NCBI RefSeq assembly: GCF_006345805.1
Contig: NC_043001.1
Location: 25,172,001-25,236,000 of the forward strand
Reading direction: 5' to 3'
DNA: 64,000 nucleotides
Source of the DNA: Octopus sinensis
Taxonomy: Eukaryota
In this document: one piece after another, positions 50,710-63,330 of the stretch
Layout: the number at the start of each line of letters is the position of its first letter
Numbering within the stretch: position 1 is the first letter of the stretch
Notes under the pieces: generated by a model
Databases searched by the model: none
Seen by the model: the letters and a program-made list of their open reading frames with translations, nothing else
Told to the model about the DNA's origin: nothing
Program-made: the position numbers and the translations under genes

Positions 50710-51113
50710 GGATCTTTTCGGTTTGAACGGCAGTTTTTTCTAGCAGTGTCATAGAAATTGTCACCCATAATTATGACCCTAGTATCGATCTATTGCATTT
50801 CAATCTGGGTTAGGGTTAGGGGAAGGGTATCTTTTTTTTCTTCACAAATGTAAATAAACCCAATCTGTTTCTTAAACGAGGGACATATTCATACGGCACA
50901 GAATGTTTTCACCTCAATAGACATCATTGATTGGTTGAAATTGCAGAAATTGAAGAAAAAAAACAACAAATATCTTACAAACTATAGAATTTTCTCAATA
51001 AAGCCAAGAGAAAAAGATGTTTTATAAACACATTCCACCAGTATACAAAGTTTAAAAGTATGTAGTTACGTGGAAATTATTTTAAAAAACTGCCGTTCAA
51101 ACCGAAAAGATCC
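50710..51113 (+). mobile_element. GGATC-TIR MITE
   Basis: TIRs. Flanking repeat accaac (6 bp). Internal gggttagggttagggg. Confidence 0.93.
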
Positions 51114-52049
51114 ACCAACATAATACACAGCATTGAGAATATATGAAATGAAGTCACATTCAGGTATAGAACATATTGAACGTATTCATTACCAGGAATA
51201 TGAGTTTTTGTGATAGTAATGCTGAACATAGAAAAAGAATTGAGAATGTTTGATGGGTACTGGATAATATAAAAATGTTCTGGACTGTAGTTGCTTATTG
51301 TAGATGCTCCCCCACCCTGCAAAAAGTGGGTTGATGTGAACGGACAAAAGAATTGACAAATGATTACTGAAGAGCTGTTATTTATACTACAGATCTCTTC
51401 CATGATGGGGAAAAAACAGTGAATGTATAATCAATTATAGTAGTATAGCTCTTTCTGTTTTTTTCAAGAATAGATTATTAATTCACCACTTTTTTTGTAC
51501 AAATCACATTGTTTGATACAAGCTTCCAAACTAGTGTGTATTTCAATAGATTGTATTATCAATTTTCATTTTACATGTAATATTCTCCATGTAGACAAGA
51601 TTATTAGAGAGATATTTTATTACAACTGTTGCCATATGGAAATGAAATAGCATAAAATTTATCAGTGAGAGAACAAAACCCCAACTTTTCAAATTCAGTG
51701 TATATTTGGTCCACATGTAGGTTGGCAAAACTTAATGACCAAATCAATAAAAAAAAAAAAAAAAAACTGAGAGAAAGCTGTTTAGTTTTCAAGAAATATT
51801 TACAAAAGTTGTCACAGATCCAACAACAAAACTTCATTAACAATGCTGAAGTACTAGAAAGCTGATTCATAGTTTGTCGCTAATGCTATGAAGAAACTGT
51901 TTAGTATCATGGTTTGTATTGAGAGTGCCAGAGTCCAGAATTTCTTTTCTTTTCAAGAGGTGCACTTGGTGCTATTAAAATACCCAAGTTTTTGAAGACA
52001 TAAGGAATCTTTGAAAAGTTGCTGGTCTTGTTAATATTTGAATAGAATA

Positions 52050-52439
52050 AGGCAGCGAGCTGGCAGAAACATTAGCATGTTGGGCGAAATGCGTAGCCAT
52101 ATTTCGTCTGCCGTTACATTCTGAATTCAAATTCCGCCGAGGTCAACTTTGCCTTTCATCCTTTCAGGGTCGATTAAATAAAGTACCAGTTACGCACTGG
52201 GGTTGATATAATCGACTTAATCCGTTTGTCCGTGTTTGTCCTCTCTGCGTTTAGCCCCTTGTGGGTAGTAAAGAAATAGGTATTTCATCTTTGTATTCTG
52301 AGTTTAAATTCCGCCAAGGTCAACTTTGCCTTTCATCCTCTCTGAGTTGATAAATTAAGTACCAGTTATGTACTGGGGCCAATCGATTAGATTGGCCCCC
52401 TCCCCAAAAATTTTGGGCTTTGTGCCTAGAGTAGAAAAG
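52050..52439 (+). mobile_element. SINE family C, dimeric (central core duplicated)
   Basis: 17-bp TSD with 1 mismatch (aatatttg[a/g]atagaata, 52033-52049 and 52440-52456). Core gaggtcaactttgcctttcatcc...agtaccagtt occurs twice. Confidence 0.9.
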
Positions 52440-53934
52440 AATATTTGGATAGAATATATACTAACACAAAAAGAAGAAAACAGCAGGGAATTGTCTACTC
52501 TGTATTATGCAGTAAAGTTACAGGTGGAGTCAATCAGTCACAGACAACCCCATAACCATCATATGCTCAAATTTGTTCTTAACTGCAACCATAATTGAAT
52601 GTATCAACACTATTGTCATGATTTTTGTATCATCGATCCAACCTAATTTTGTTGACTGTTGAATAAAAGATAGTCACCTACTGAAAGTAAGTTATGCCAG
52701 CAAACTAGAACAGAGAAATTTTAATAAAGCTGAAGTTATTATTTCATTGGATAAAAAAAAAAATTGCTGATAGCACAGGATTACATGTTTGAGTATATAA
52801 TGAAAATCAAACCATGAAGAGATTCTTTGAAATGGTTTCTAGTTGCCATGTGTAAAATGGTAAAATATAGTTTCTGTGATAGTTAAAGCTTACTGTAATA
52901 GTAATGAATACAGATAAAATTGTTGTTGCAAAACATGTTAAAAAGAATCTGGAATTCAGAATTTGTTCATTTCTTAATGAAGATTCTTAACAGCATCTTT
53001 GATATTTTTTTTTCATAAGTTCAATGCATGCAATATTAAGATAGTTTTTTAAAAAGTATTACCCATGCATGCAACATAAAAACTCTTTCCATTTATTGCA
53101 TTACTTAGCTGGTTTTTCTTGGTTTATAACAAAAGAGAAAGAGGATATATTTGCATTGAAAAGGTAACTTTTTTTGTCTTTTTCTCCTTTTTTTTTTAGA
53201 TAGCATTAATACATTTATTTCTAAAGTCATCATCTGAAACATCTGTCCTCCCTGATCCAAAATTGAATTTTTTTCCTTTCAAGAATTGTGTAGTTAAATT
53301 AGCATAATATTTTCTCCCAAAATCATTTTTGTAAATAAAAAATAAAATGAATTTATGTCGTTAAGCTTCATTATGTTTTATCTTCCTAATATTGAAGCTG
53401 CTTTTTATGTTTACCCACTTCAAACTCTTGGAATGCAATAAATTGGTATTTAATGATTTTCCTTTTGCTATGAATACAACGTCATTTAATATCATAGGAT
53501 GCTCTCAGAGCTAGATGTCTGTGGAAATTGCTCTACTGTAGACTTCATAGTTGCCTTTACAGTACCTATAATTCAGAATGAATTCAAGGTTTAGAGAGAG
53601 ACTTGAAATAACATTGCAATACACAATATGTTAATTAGCAGCCTTGTCAAGCCTTTAGAAAAAGGATGGCAAATCAATGCTGGATACTATCTAAACATTA
53701 CAACCTGTCAGTATACAAATATTACTGGCACTATTGTGGCTTAATAAAGACCTTGTTCTTCAAGTGGTCAAAACATGAGTATTATTACCACCACCAAGCT
53801 GGCTTCTATGAAGAGTTGCTCTCTGTTTCATTATTCAGGAGCTGTTAGGAGCTAGTACATTGAATTCATAAAACTGAGTTTAACTAAAAATCAGGTTATC
53901 TAATAATTGTTTTCTACAAATAAAATTAAAGTTA

Positions 53935-54130
53935 TCATCATCATTATCATCATCGTTTAACGTCCGCTTTCCATGCTAGCATGGGTTGGACGATTTTGAC
54001 TGAGGGCTGACGAACCAGATGTCTGCACCAGGCTCCAATCTTGATTTGGCAGAGTTTCTACAGCTGGATGCCCTTCCTAACGCCAACCACTCCAAGAGTA
54101 TAGTGGGTGCCTTTTACGTGCCACCAGCAC
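53935..54130 (-). mobile_element. Family B RTE 3' UTR copy, short
   Basis: Truncated within the first gtgccaccagcac unit. Confidence 0.9.
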
Positions 54131-54771
54131 AAATTTTATATCTATTTTTGAAATGGAATTTAAGCTAACCTACTTTAGAGCTAAATGCAATATGCATTAA
54201 AAATAATAAAAGTTCCTATAATTAGAATTTCTTCTCATTAGAACTACTAGTAATATTTGTTAATGACCTTTTGCTACAAACTACTTTATGTTAGTAACTA
54301 TTTAAATACAGGCTTCTTCCAAGACACCAATTCTAAAAGGAGATAACATAAATTAATTCAGTGTGTGTTTTAATGGAAACTCACAAAAATACTTTTGCTC
54401 CTTTTAAACTTCAAATGATGTATGACTTCATTTTGTGACTTTATACAAAAGCTCAATTTTGATGTCTTTAATTCCAGTGGTTGATTATTTTAAAAACCCT
54501 TCAACAACCATTTATTTTAAAATCTGATTTAGAAACTTGATTTGAGTGAGTAACCATTAAGTAATTAGCGTCAAGAAAAATACCTAGCAGCATGTGTTCT
54601 GGCTTTTTACAATCTAACTTCAAGTCTTGTCTTGGTTATCCTCTCAGGGTCAATAAAATCAAGAACTGGACTTGATGATATCAGCTACCCTACCCTTAAA
54701 AATGTCTGGCTTTGTGTCTAAATTAGAAACAATTATTGCTGTGGTCAATGAAAAAGTCTGAAATTGGAGGC

Positions 54772-54997
54772 TTAACCCTTTCATTACCAACCCAGCTGAA
54801 ACCGGCTCTGGCTCTGAATACAAATGTCTTGTTTTCATAAGTTTTGAATTAAAATCTTCCACCAAACCTTAGTCAATTTATGTTCCTAACACTAGCTGAA
54901 TGATGACTAAATTATTTTACTAAATTCTTTGTTATATTTAAAGTAATCGAAAGAAACACTGGGCATCTCAAAATAAATACAGTAACAAAAGGGTTAA
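54772..54997 (+). mobile_element. piggyBac-type TTAA MITE
   Basis: TTAA at 54772-54775 and 54994-54997. Confidence 0.92.
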
Positions 54998-55897
54998 ACT
55001 ATGTAATTTAGACCTTACTATTTTGAGTTCAGATCACATGAGTGTTGTCTGATCTTTCCTATTTTAATGGTTAATAATGTTGGTAGTAATCGGGAAACAT
55101 TAATTGTGCTTTTCCCTTATAAAATATTGATATGTCTCTTTTTTTTTTTTTTCTAAAGAAGAAATAAGTATCAGTTTATGTAGCATCTTCAACAAGTATT
55201 TCTTTGGAATTCTATGTAAGCTTATTTTATTTTTATAGCCTTTCCAAGTCTTAACAGACTTGGGGAGGGTATATGGTCAGCCACAGTCATGAAATACAGA
55301 ACAAGATGTAGGGTTTTGCACCACCTGTCTTATGATGCCCTACCTGTCTTACTGATACCCTATGAGAATTAATAGTGCTACTACCAGGAGAGAGACAGGG
55401 ACAATAGTGTTTTGAAAGTCTGCAATATGAAACCATATACTGGGCAAAACACCTTGTATTAGATCTTAATGTATCACACTTCTTATATTTTAATAAAGAA
55501 AATATAATTTCCATTTTATTTTAAAAATTTAATATCCAATTTTCTATACTGGCATTAATTAGAGAAGTCTGCAATAAAATGCCTTCATTTTGTATCATCT
55601 TATATTAGTTACTATCCTCAGTTCCAAAGTAGCTCTTTTTCAAATCTATATTAGTTATTCTTCACCTTTCCTTATAAACTCAAAGCAGTTTTTTCACCAG
55701 TCATTTTCAAAATGGACAGTTGTCTTCTATTTTTTTTTCCATACACTCATCAGTGTTTTTGCTGTCCAGTTGCTCCTTCAACTCACTTGCACAAAACCTT
55801 TTTCACAAGTTTTCACTGCACATCAGAAAGACCAAATTCAACTTATTACTGTGGTTGTTGCAGATCCTTTGCATTGCTGACTATCCAGGTTTAAGAG

Positions 55898-56084
55898 CCC
55901 TTAACATTCAGATTTCTTTGTCAAATATAATACCTATTTATTCAAAGGTTTCAATAGTGTACTTGTGTATTTTTAGAATGACATCGTAGGATAGGTGTGA
56001 AAGGTTGGATATGGTTAGTTTTAACATAAAACAGGTAGAATATACTTAGGCCAGATACGACCATATTAAATGCTAAAGGGTTAA
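55898..56084 (+). mobile_element. Second piggyBac-type MITE family (…CTAAAGGG-TTAA)
   Basis: Right end tgctaaagggttaa. Left end cccttaacattcag is an imperfect complement. Confidence 0.6.
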
Positions 56085-58289
56085 CTATATAACAGCACCA
56101 CTGGTTTTATACCCCCCTTCATATAGCTTACTAGCTTACCATTCCACATTGAGAGAGAAAATTTTGAAATTCTCTATATATTTTCTCGATTATTTGAGAC
56201 TCATTCTATTAATACTCACTTCAGTATTGTAATTCTCTAAAATACCGACAAAATTACTACTCCTTGAAATATTTTTAAAGATCAAATTAACAATGTTTAA
56301 TACTTACTAGGTGTAAACTTTCCTGAAGCTCTTTCTTTTCATTAAATGATATACCACTCTACATAGGTTTCTAAGCATTGATAGTGTTGATTCAGTTAAT
56401 GAATGTTAGTGATAAACATTGTATTTTTATTTTATTTCATTTTATTTATTTATTTTTTTTATTTAGCTTCTCATAATAGATAAACTGAAGTACAATGTTT
56501 GTGTAAATAGGGGAAAGTCTCTACATAGTTGCTCAACCTGCTAGAAGTAGCAGCCAAATTCCTCTCCTACCATACTCCCTACAAGAACATATTGGAGAAT
56601 TTACTCCTGGATGCATTGTTTGCAAATAAGTTGGGACGGTCATGGTTGGAATGCTTTGATTATATATAGGTTTGCTTCATCAAAGCTGACCTGAAACTAA
56701 ACAAAGAACTAAGATTTTAATTGACTACTCTAAAGACCTAGTTCCATAAAACAGGATCATGTGACGAAGGAACTGAAGCAGGTCAAGAGCTTGCTAAAGC
56801 TTAGTTCTTCATTATGTGAATATAATGAATTAGAATTGTACAACAGCAGGTGAGGGAAATCTGTTGCAAAGTAGCAATAGCAACAACTAACTGGCAACTA
56901 TATTTTGCTTATGTGCTTCATGAAAAAAAGGATTGTAAATAACTGGCTTTTATTTTTTTCCTATTTTTTTTGTCTTTTTGTATAAATACACTTTCAAATT
57001 ATATATTTGTTTTTTTTTGTTTGTTTGTTTGTTTTTTGTTTTTTTTAATGCTAAACCTTCACTACTCTGATTGTACTTATTCAAAATGGTGATTGTACAT
57101 TTATTCAGTTGATATGATTTGAATGTAGTCAGGCAAGTGTAACTCCTGCAAGCATTGGAAAACAGAAGAGATTTTTTACATGAATTCATGATCATGATGA
57201 TTATAATTTTATTTTATTTCATTTTATTTCTTTTTCTTTTTCTTTTTTTTTTTTTTAAGTAAAAGAATGTCATACTGAAGTGCTTGCTGCTTCAAGTATC
57301 TGTTAAAAACTGCACATGACTATTTACAAATCTTACAGTACTTATATCGGTAGTTTATTTTTGTTTACTATTAAGAAAAATAAACTAATAATTCTTAAGA
57401 TATTTATATTTTACTGATACTGAAATTTAATACATAAATATATTTTATGCTTCACTAAGTAGCTTTTCTCTTTCACCTCTCTCTTTCTCTCGGGTTTAGA
57501 TTAAGTCAGTGTTTGTAAATATGTATGTTTGTGTGTGGGTGTATAAATGTTTATGAGTGTATGTTAATATGTATGTGTCTGTGCAAAAGAAGCAGACATA
57601 TTTATTTTTTCTAATAAAATCCATAGCATTACAATATTTTGAGCTTGAACTACTTATTCATGATGGGACAGGAGAGTAAGGAGTTGAAAGAAGTCTCAAA
57701 TACATTTTGGTTAGGGTTGGTCATGTTACAACATTTCAGATATGTAGATTTGTCAATCAAGGGTCTGTCTGAACATCTCCATTGATCAGAATATGTTGAG
57801 GTACATATACTCATATATATCATCAGCATCTTCATTTTAGGTTTGTTTTCCATGCTAACACAGGTTGGACAGTTTGACAGGGGCTGGTAAGCCAGGGACC
57901 ATGCCAAGCTCCAGGCATCTGTTTTGGCATGGTTTCTCCAGCTGGATGCCCTTTCTAACACCAACCACTTTACAAAGTGTCCTGGGTTCTTCTCTAGGGA
58001 TAGCTGTGTATCTACTCTACAGTAAGACACCTGTTACTGTCCCCACCTCTCATCACTTAGCGTAAAGTCTTCTCCCTCAATGTTACACTCACTCAGTTGA
58101 AGGGGTCTTGTCTTGCAAGTTATTGGTGACCTCATTAGCACCAATGCTAATATAAAAAAGCATTATGAGGATTATCCAGCTGTAGAAACCATGCAAAAGC
58201 AGGCATTAGAACTTGGTGCAGTCTTCTGGTTCCTGTTGAACTGTTCAATGCATACCAGCTTGGATAATGAACACTAATTAGATGGTAAT

Positions 58290-58650
58290 GATGCCTTACA
58301 TCCAGAAAAATGCTGCCAATCTGATGGAAATAAAGTCTCTCACAGACATACTTGCTGTCTTCTTTCTCTGCCTTTTTTTTGCTGCTATTATAATGGCCTC
58401 AGCTCCTTGGTGTTGGCTAGGTTCATGCCACCTCTTCTCAATATTCCTCTCCCGTTCATCTCTTCTCTTTGAATTGCCATTTTGTCCATCCTCTAAGCCT
58501 CACATTAATCACTACAACCAGAACTTCTGCCATCTAGAATTCATTCCCTACTCATATCTTTCCCATTGATGATAATTTGCAAAGGTTTGAGTGGAGCATT
58601 TAACGACATCGATCTCATGGTCTAGGTGTGCCAAAAAACATGCAAACTAC
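58290..58650 (+). mobile_element. CR1/Jockey-group LINE 3' remnant
   Basis: ctgtcttctttctctgcctttttttgctgctattataatggcctcagctcc parallels 4380-4420. Confidence 0.45.
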
Positions 58651-58896
58651 ATCCCTTCCTTCAGATCCAGCAAGTAATATATATATATATATATGTCACA
58701 ATATATGGATTCAAGTAATCCAGTAGTACTACTCATAAAAAAGCTCCTTAGTTTGTCATTATACAAACCATTTAGAGTATATAATAATATACATGAGAAA
58801 AGAATTAGGAGAATATAAAGGTATAAACAATGGAGAAATATTATGATGAACTTTATTTGTTAAACAAAGTTCATATTTCTCCGTCGTTTATATCGT

Positions 58897-58907
58897 TACA
58901 CACACAC

Positions 58908-58940
<33 letters not shown>
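58897..58940. repeat. (CA)n microsatellite
   Basis: Direct reading of the sequence. Confidence 0.95.
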
Positions 58941-58943
<3 letters not shown>

Positions 58944-59782
58944 TCTGTGCCATCAGAAAGGGTAATCCAGTTGTAAAAAAAATACCCTCCAAAAGTCCCA
59001 TTCAACTTATGCCACCATCGAAATTTTGAAAAACAATGATGATGATGTTTTATACATATAATATGTATAAGGTTCCTCTCAAAATTCAGTACTAAGACAT
59101 AAATTTTGTTTTTACATTTTACTCGCTATAATATGACTAATTTTATATGTCAGCTTCTCTCCTTGTATTGGCTGTGAATAAAACGATTATTATTTCTTAA
59201 TCACCATGTCTTAATTACAATAGCTACAGTATTTAAGACATGGGATTAGGCTCAATGAACTTAAAAAGAAAAAGTCCCTAACATAAATTTAACTAATTGG
59301 ATACTTGGAAATTTGAGATTAAAATTCTGTCCATTTTTCAAAATGAGGTATTTAATATAATTTAGTGTAATCTTACCCGCTAGAGTGCCTGAGTCATCGA
59401 TAATGACAAAATTAGTGTTGAAAATGTAACCTGATGAAAGTTGATAATTAGAGGATGAGGAAGTATATAAAAATTCCAAAATAACAGGAAAATAAGAAAA
59501 TTATATTTATCACTCCCAAAATGTTTAAACATGTATGCTTCAATGCTGAATTTCGTGAACAACAATATTTCTTGTGTAGATAAGAGGAAGCATTAGCACT
59601 TCTTGACCTTATGAATTTTCAATCTGTACTTCCAAAGTGTTCTTTAACCCTAACCCTAATCTAGATCAGGGCATTTCACCACATAGACTACTGATACTGT
59701 GGTAGACGATATGCTAATGTAGCATTGAAATTTCTTGCAATGCTAGGAAAATCATCAGAATCAATGAACATTAAAACCTTTC

Positions 59783-59908
59783 TCGACCACATGGTTCTGG
59801 GTTCAGTCATACTGTGTGACACCTTGGGTAAGTGTCTTCTGCTGTAGCCCCAGCCTAACCAATGCCTTGTTAGTGGAACTGGTTGATGGAAATTGTAAGA
59901 AGACCATC

Positions 59909-59945
<37 letters not shown>

Positions 59946-60262
59946 ATTCAAACTTGAACAAAGAGAAAACACAACAACGCGAGGACGTGGAACAAGTATA
60001 GTGTTATTGGATGCTCAGGAAAGGAAAGATATATATATATATCTGTGTGTATCATTGTGTCCATGTTTGTCCTCCACCACTGCTTGATAACAGGTGTTGG
60101 TGTGCTTACATCCACATAAGTTAGTGGTTCGGCAGAAGAAACTGATAGAATAAGTACCAGGTTTTTAAAACAAAAGTACCAAGGTCAATTTGTTCAGCTA
60201 AGTTTCTTCAAAGCAGTGCCCCAGTATGGTCACTAATGACTGAAACAAGTAAAGGATAAAAT
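59783..60262 (+). mobile_element. Diverged SINE family A with an about 90-bp insert in its (TA)n tract
   Basis: Family A halves flank 59941-60029, which itself is bounded by (TA)n. Confidence 0.75.
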
Positions 60263-60419
60263 ATTAGAATCATTAGCTAAGTGTTAAGAAAGCAGAATGA
60301 ACTTTCAAATACAAAAGACAAACAGAACAACAAAATAGAGACACTGCTGCAGTAAAAAAGTAGAAATGCTGTTGGATAATTTAGAAAACTTCAGACTGTT
60401 TCTTTGAACATCATGAGAC

Positions 60420-61745
60420 TTCATCATCATCATCATCATTTAACATCCACTTTCCGTGCTGGCATAGGTTGGACGGTTTGACTGAGGACTAGCAAGCCAG
60501 GAGGTTGCACCAGGCTCCAATCTGATCTGACAAAGTTTCTACAGCTGGATGCCCTTCCTAATGCCAACCACTCCAAGAGTGTAGTGGGTGCTTTTTATGT
60601 GCCACCGGCACAGGGGCCAGTCAGATGGCACTGGCATCAACCACACTCGAATGTTGCTTTTCATGTACCACTGGCATGGGAGCCAGTCAGACAGCACTAG
60701 CATCAACCACACTTGAATGTTGCTTTTCATGTACCACTGGCATGGGAGCCAGTCAGACAGCACTGGCATCAACCACACTCAAATGGTGCTTTTTATGTAC
60801 CACCAGCTCTGGTGCCAGTCAGGTGGCTCTGGCATCAGCCATGATTACAATTTTGCTTGATTTATCAGGTCTTTTCAAGCACTGCATATTACCTGACAAT
60901 TGAAGGGTACTTTTAAACAGGCCAGTTATGCAACATTGCCTTCAACCACAGCTACGATCTTACTAGACTTGCCGGGTTTTCTCAATTGCAGCATATCTCC
61001 AAAGGTCTTGGTCACTTGTCATTGCTTCTGTAAGGGCCCAATGTTCAAAGGTCATGCTTCACTACCTCATCCCATGTCTTCCTAGATCTACCTCTTCCAC
61101 AGGTTCTTTCCACTATTAGGGTGTGACACCTCTTCACACAGCTTTCCTCATCCATGCGCTATATATATGACTATACCAGTGCAGTCGTTTCTCTTGCAAC
61201 CACATCTGATGCTTCTTATGTCCAACTTTTCTCTCAGGTCACTTACACCCTGTTGTATATGCACACTGACATTACACATCCAGCGGAGCATACTAGCTTC
61301 ATTTCTTTCAAGCCTATACATGTCCACAGCAGTCACAGCCCATGTTTCACTGCCATGTAGCATGGCTGTTCGCACACATGCATCATACTGTCTACCTTTC
61401 ACTCTGAGCGAGAGGCCCTTTGTTACCAGCTGAGGTAGGAGCTCCTTGAACTTTGCTCAGGCTATTCTTATTCTAGCCGCTACACTCTCAGAGCATCCAC
61501 TCCCGCTACTGATTTGGTCATCTAGGTAACAGAAGCTATCAACTACTTCTAGTTTTTCCTCCTGGCATGTGAAGGAATCTAATTTCTGTACATCTTTGCT
61601 GTTTATTACCACTGTGCATCTGTCACACACAAAAACTATCTTCCCAGTTAACCTTCCTTTGATATTGCTGTACCTTTTATGTGTCCATAGCTTACACTGA
61701 GTACATCTTATGGAGATTCTACCTACGTCTTTTCTGATCGAGCAG
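60420..61745 (-). mobile_element. 5'-truncated RTE-like LINE: ORF2 C-terminus + 3' UTR with about 66-bp tandem units + (atg)n tail
   Basis: Minus strand: CSI..RCTQCKLWTHKR..CDRC, LEVVDSFCYL, KGRQYDACVRTAMLHGSETW, RNEASMLRWMC, then the family B units and terminus. Confidence 0.93.
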
Positions 61746-61888
61746 TATAGGTGGTGAGGGTGGGATGGACAGGCGCACCGCTAACTGCAAAGCACTGTGT
61801 CAGCCCTATTCCCTAGCAGTAGCCAATGTGGCGTAACCTCAAACAAAGCTAGCTACTAATTAACAATCAAATACAAAAAATAAACAAT

Positions 61889-62268
61889 AGGTGCAGGAGT
61901 GGATGTGTGGTATGTAGCTTGCTTACCAACCACATGGTTCCAGATTCAGTCCTACTGCATGGCACCTTGGGAAAGTGTCTTCTACTATAGTTTTGAGCCG
62001 ACCAAAGCCTTGTGAGTGGATTTGGTAGACGGAAACTGAAAGAAGCCCGTTGTATATATGTATATATATATGTATATATGTTTGTGTCTGTGTTTGTCCC
62101 CCCAACATCGCTTGACAACCGATGCTGGTGTGTTTACGTCCCCGTAACTTAGTGGTTCAGCAAAAGAGACCGACAGAATAAGTACTAGGCTTACAAAGAA
62201 TAAGTCCTGGGGTCGATTTGCTCCAGCATGGCCGCAGTCAAATGACTGAAACGAGTAAAAGAAAGAAT
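61889..62268 (+). mobile_element. SINE family A, near full length
   Basis: Head aggtgcaggagtgg to tail aaacgagtaaaagaaagaat. Confidence 0.92.
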
Positions 62269-62664
62269 GACTCCAGCTCATGTGAAATGATTTAGAAAAT
62301 CTTATGAAGTGGAACAAATTCAACAGGTTCAAACACTCAAGTATCACTCATAAAAAAAGTATATATACAGTGACATGGAGTGCATTTTATATATATATAT
62401 ATAGAGAGAGAGATTGATTGATTTGCTCATTGAAAACATGGGACATTTAATTATGTATGTTTATGTTTGTTTGATAATTAGATATTTATTATGCCTTTTT
62501 CTTTTAGATGTTATAAATAACTTTTTGTTTCTTTAACATTGCTTAATTCCTATAGTTGATCTCACTATTACTATATAAGCCACTTGCATCCTGTTATAGT
62601 TTATATTAACATACAGCAGTTGAGATTCAGTGCGCTTTTTTTCTTTTAGTTAGGATATTGATAG

Positions 62665-62880
62665 TCATCATCATCGTTTAACATCCACTTTCCATGCTAG
62701 CATGGGTTGGACAATTTGACTGAGGTTTGACGAACCAGATGGTTGCACCAGGCTCCAATCTGATCTAGCAGAGTTTCTACAGCTGGATGCCCTTCCTAAC
62801 GCCAACCACTTCAAGAGTGTAGTGGGTGCTTTTACGTGCCACCAGCACAAGGGCCAGTCTGGCAGTACTGGCAACGGCCA
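62665..62880 (-). mobile_element. Family B RTE 3' UTR copy
   Basis: (cat)n tail and conserved terminus. Confidence 0.9.
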
Positions 62881-62949
62881 GGTTTGTCCTGTTTTTCTTA
62901 GTCCCATGTCTGGTTTAGCCCATTATTCAGGCAAACTTTTATTTTTATT

Positions 62950-63330
62950 GGATTGAATAAGGAACATTACTCATGGCCTTCACATGCCCTGTAAACAGGT
63001 AAGACTGATACAGTTAGACTGTTTTTGGATAGTTGCAAGCCAGTGGCTGCATAAAAAACATAGATAGGGAAGGTATTCCAGGGAGGTTGACATTCTGGAG
63101 GAGAATTAGTGGTTAGAAAAATTGGATACAACATGGATAATGAAAGGAGGAGAAACAAATGAGTCAGGAGTGTTGGAAAGATATGAGAGCAGCCAGTTCT
63201 GTGGAGCAGAGGCCACTTTAATAGAGAAAAAAAGAGAAATGTAAGAAGGATGGAAGGAGGGAGAAAGCCAGCAGCATTTCTGTTGACCTGATGTTTCTAA
63301 GTAAACCATGCCAATTAGTCAGTTTCTTTA
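62950..63330 (-). mobile_element. Possible LINE endonuclease remnant
   Basis: Pyrimidine-rich minus strand. LLSYLSNT resembles LLDYISSY in the 16962-17400 remnant. Very decayed. Confidence 0.35.

Noticed and set aside
53666-53860. Possible Tc1-like fragment (INAGYYLNI)
   Set aside because: Only a vague resemblance, with no catalytic motif recoverable.
56755-56849. Candidate internal exon (DHVTKELKQVKSLLK..., donor CAG|GTGAGG)
   Set aside because: Weak purine-rich acceptor. Open in phase 0 but hits TAG in the phase 1 required by exon 1.
59645-59662. TAACCC repeats as a telomere or fusion site (also 31053, 50806)
   Set aside because: Only 2-3 units. The other two lie inside a MITE.
60600-60850. 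Family B repeat-plus-variable units as a CRISPR-like array
   Set aside because: Eukaryotic context, the variable parts are homologous to each other, there are no cas genes, and the array is the 3' UTR of a LINE.
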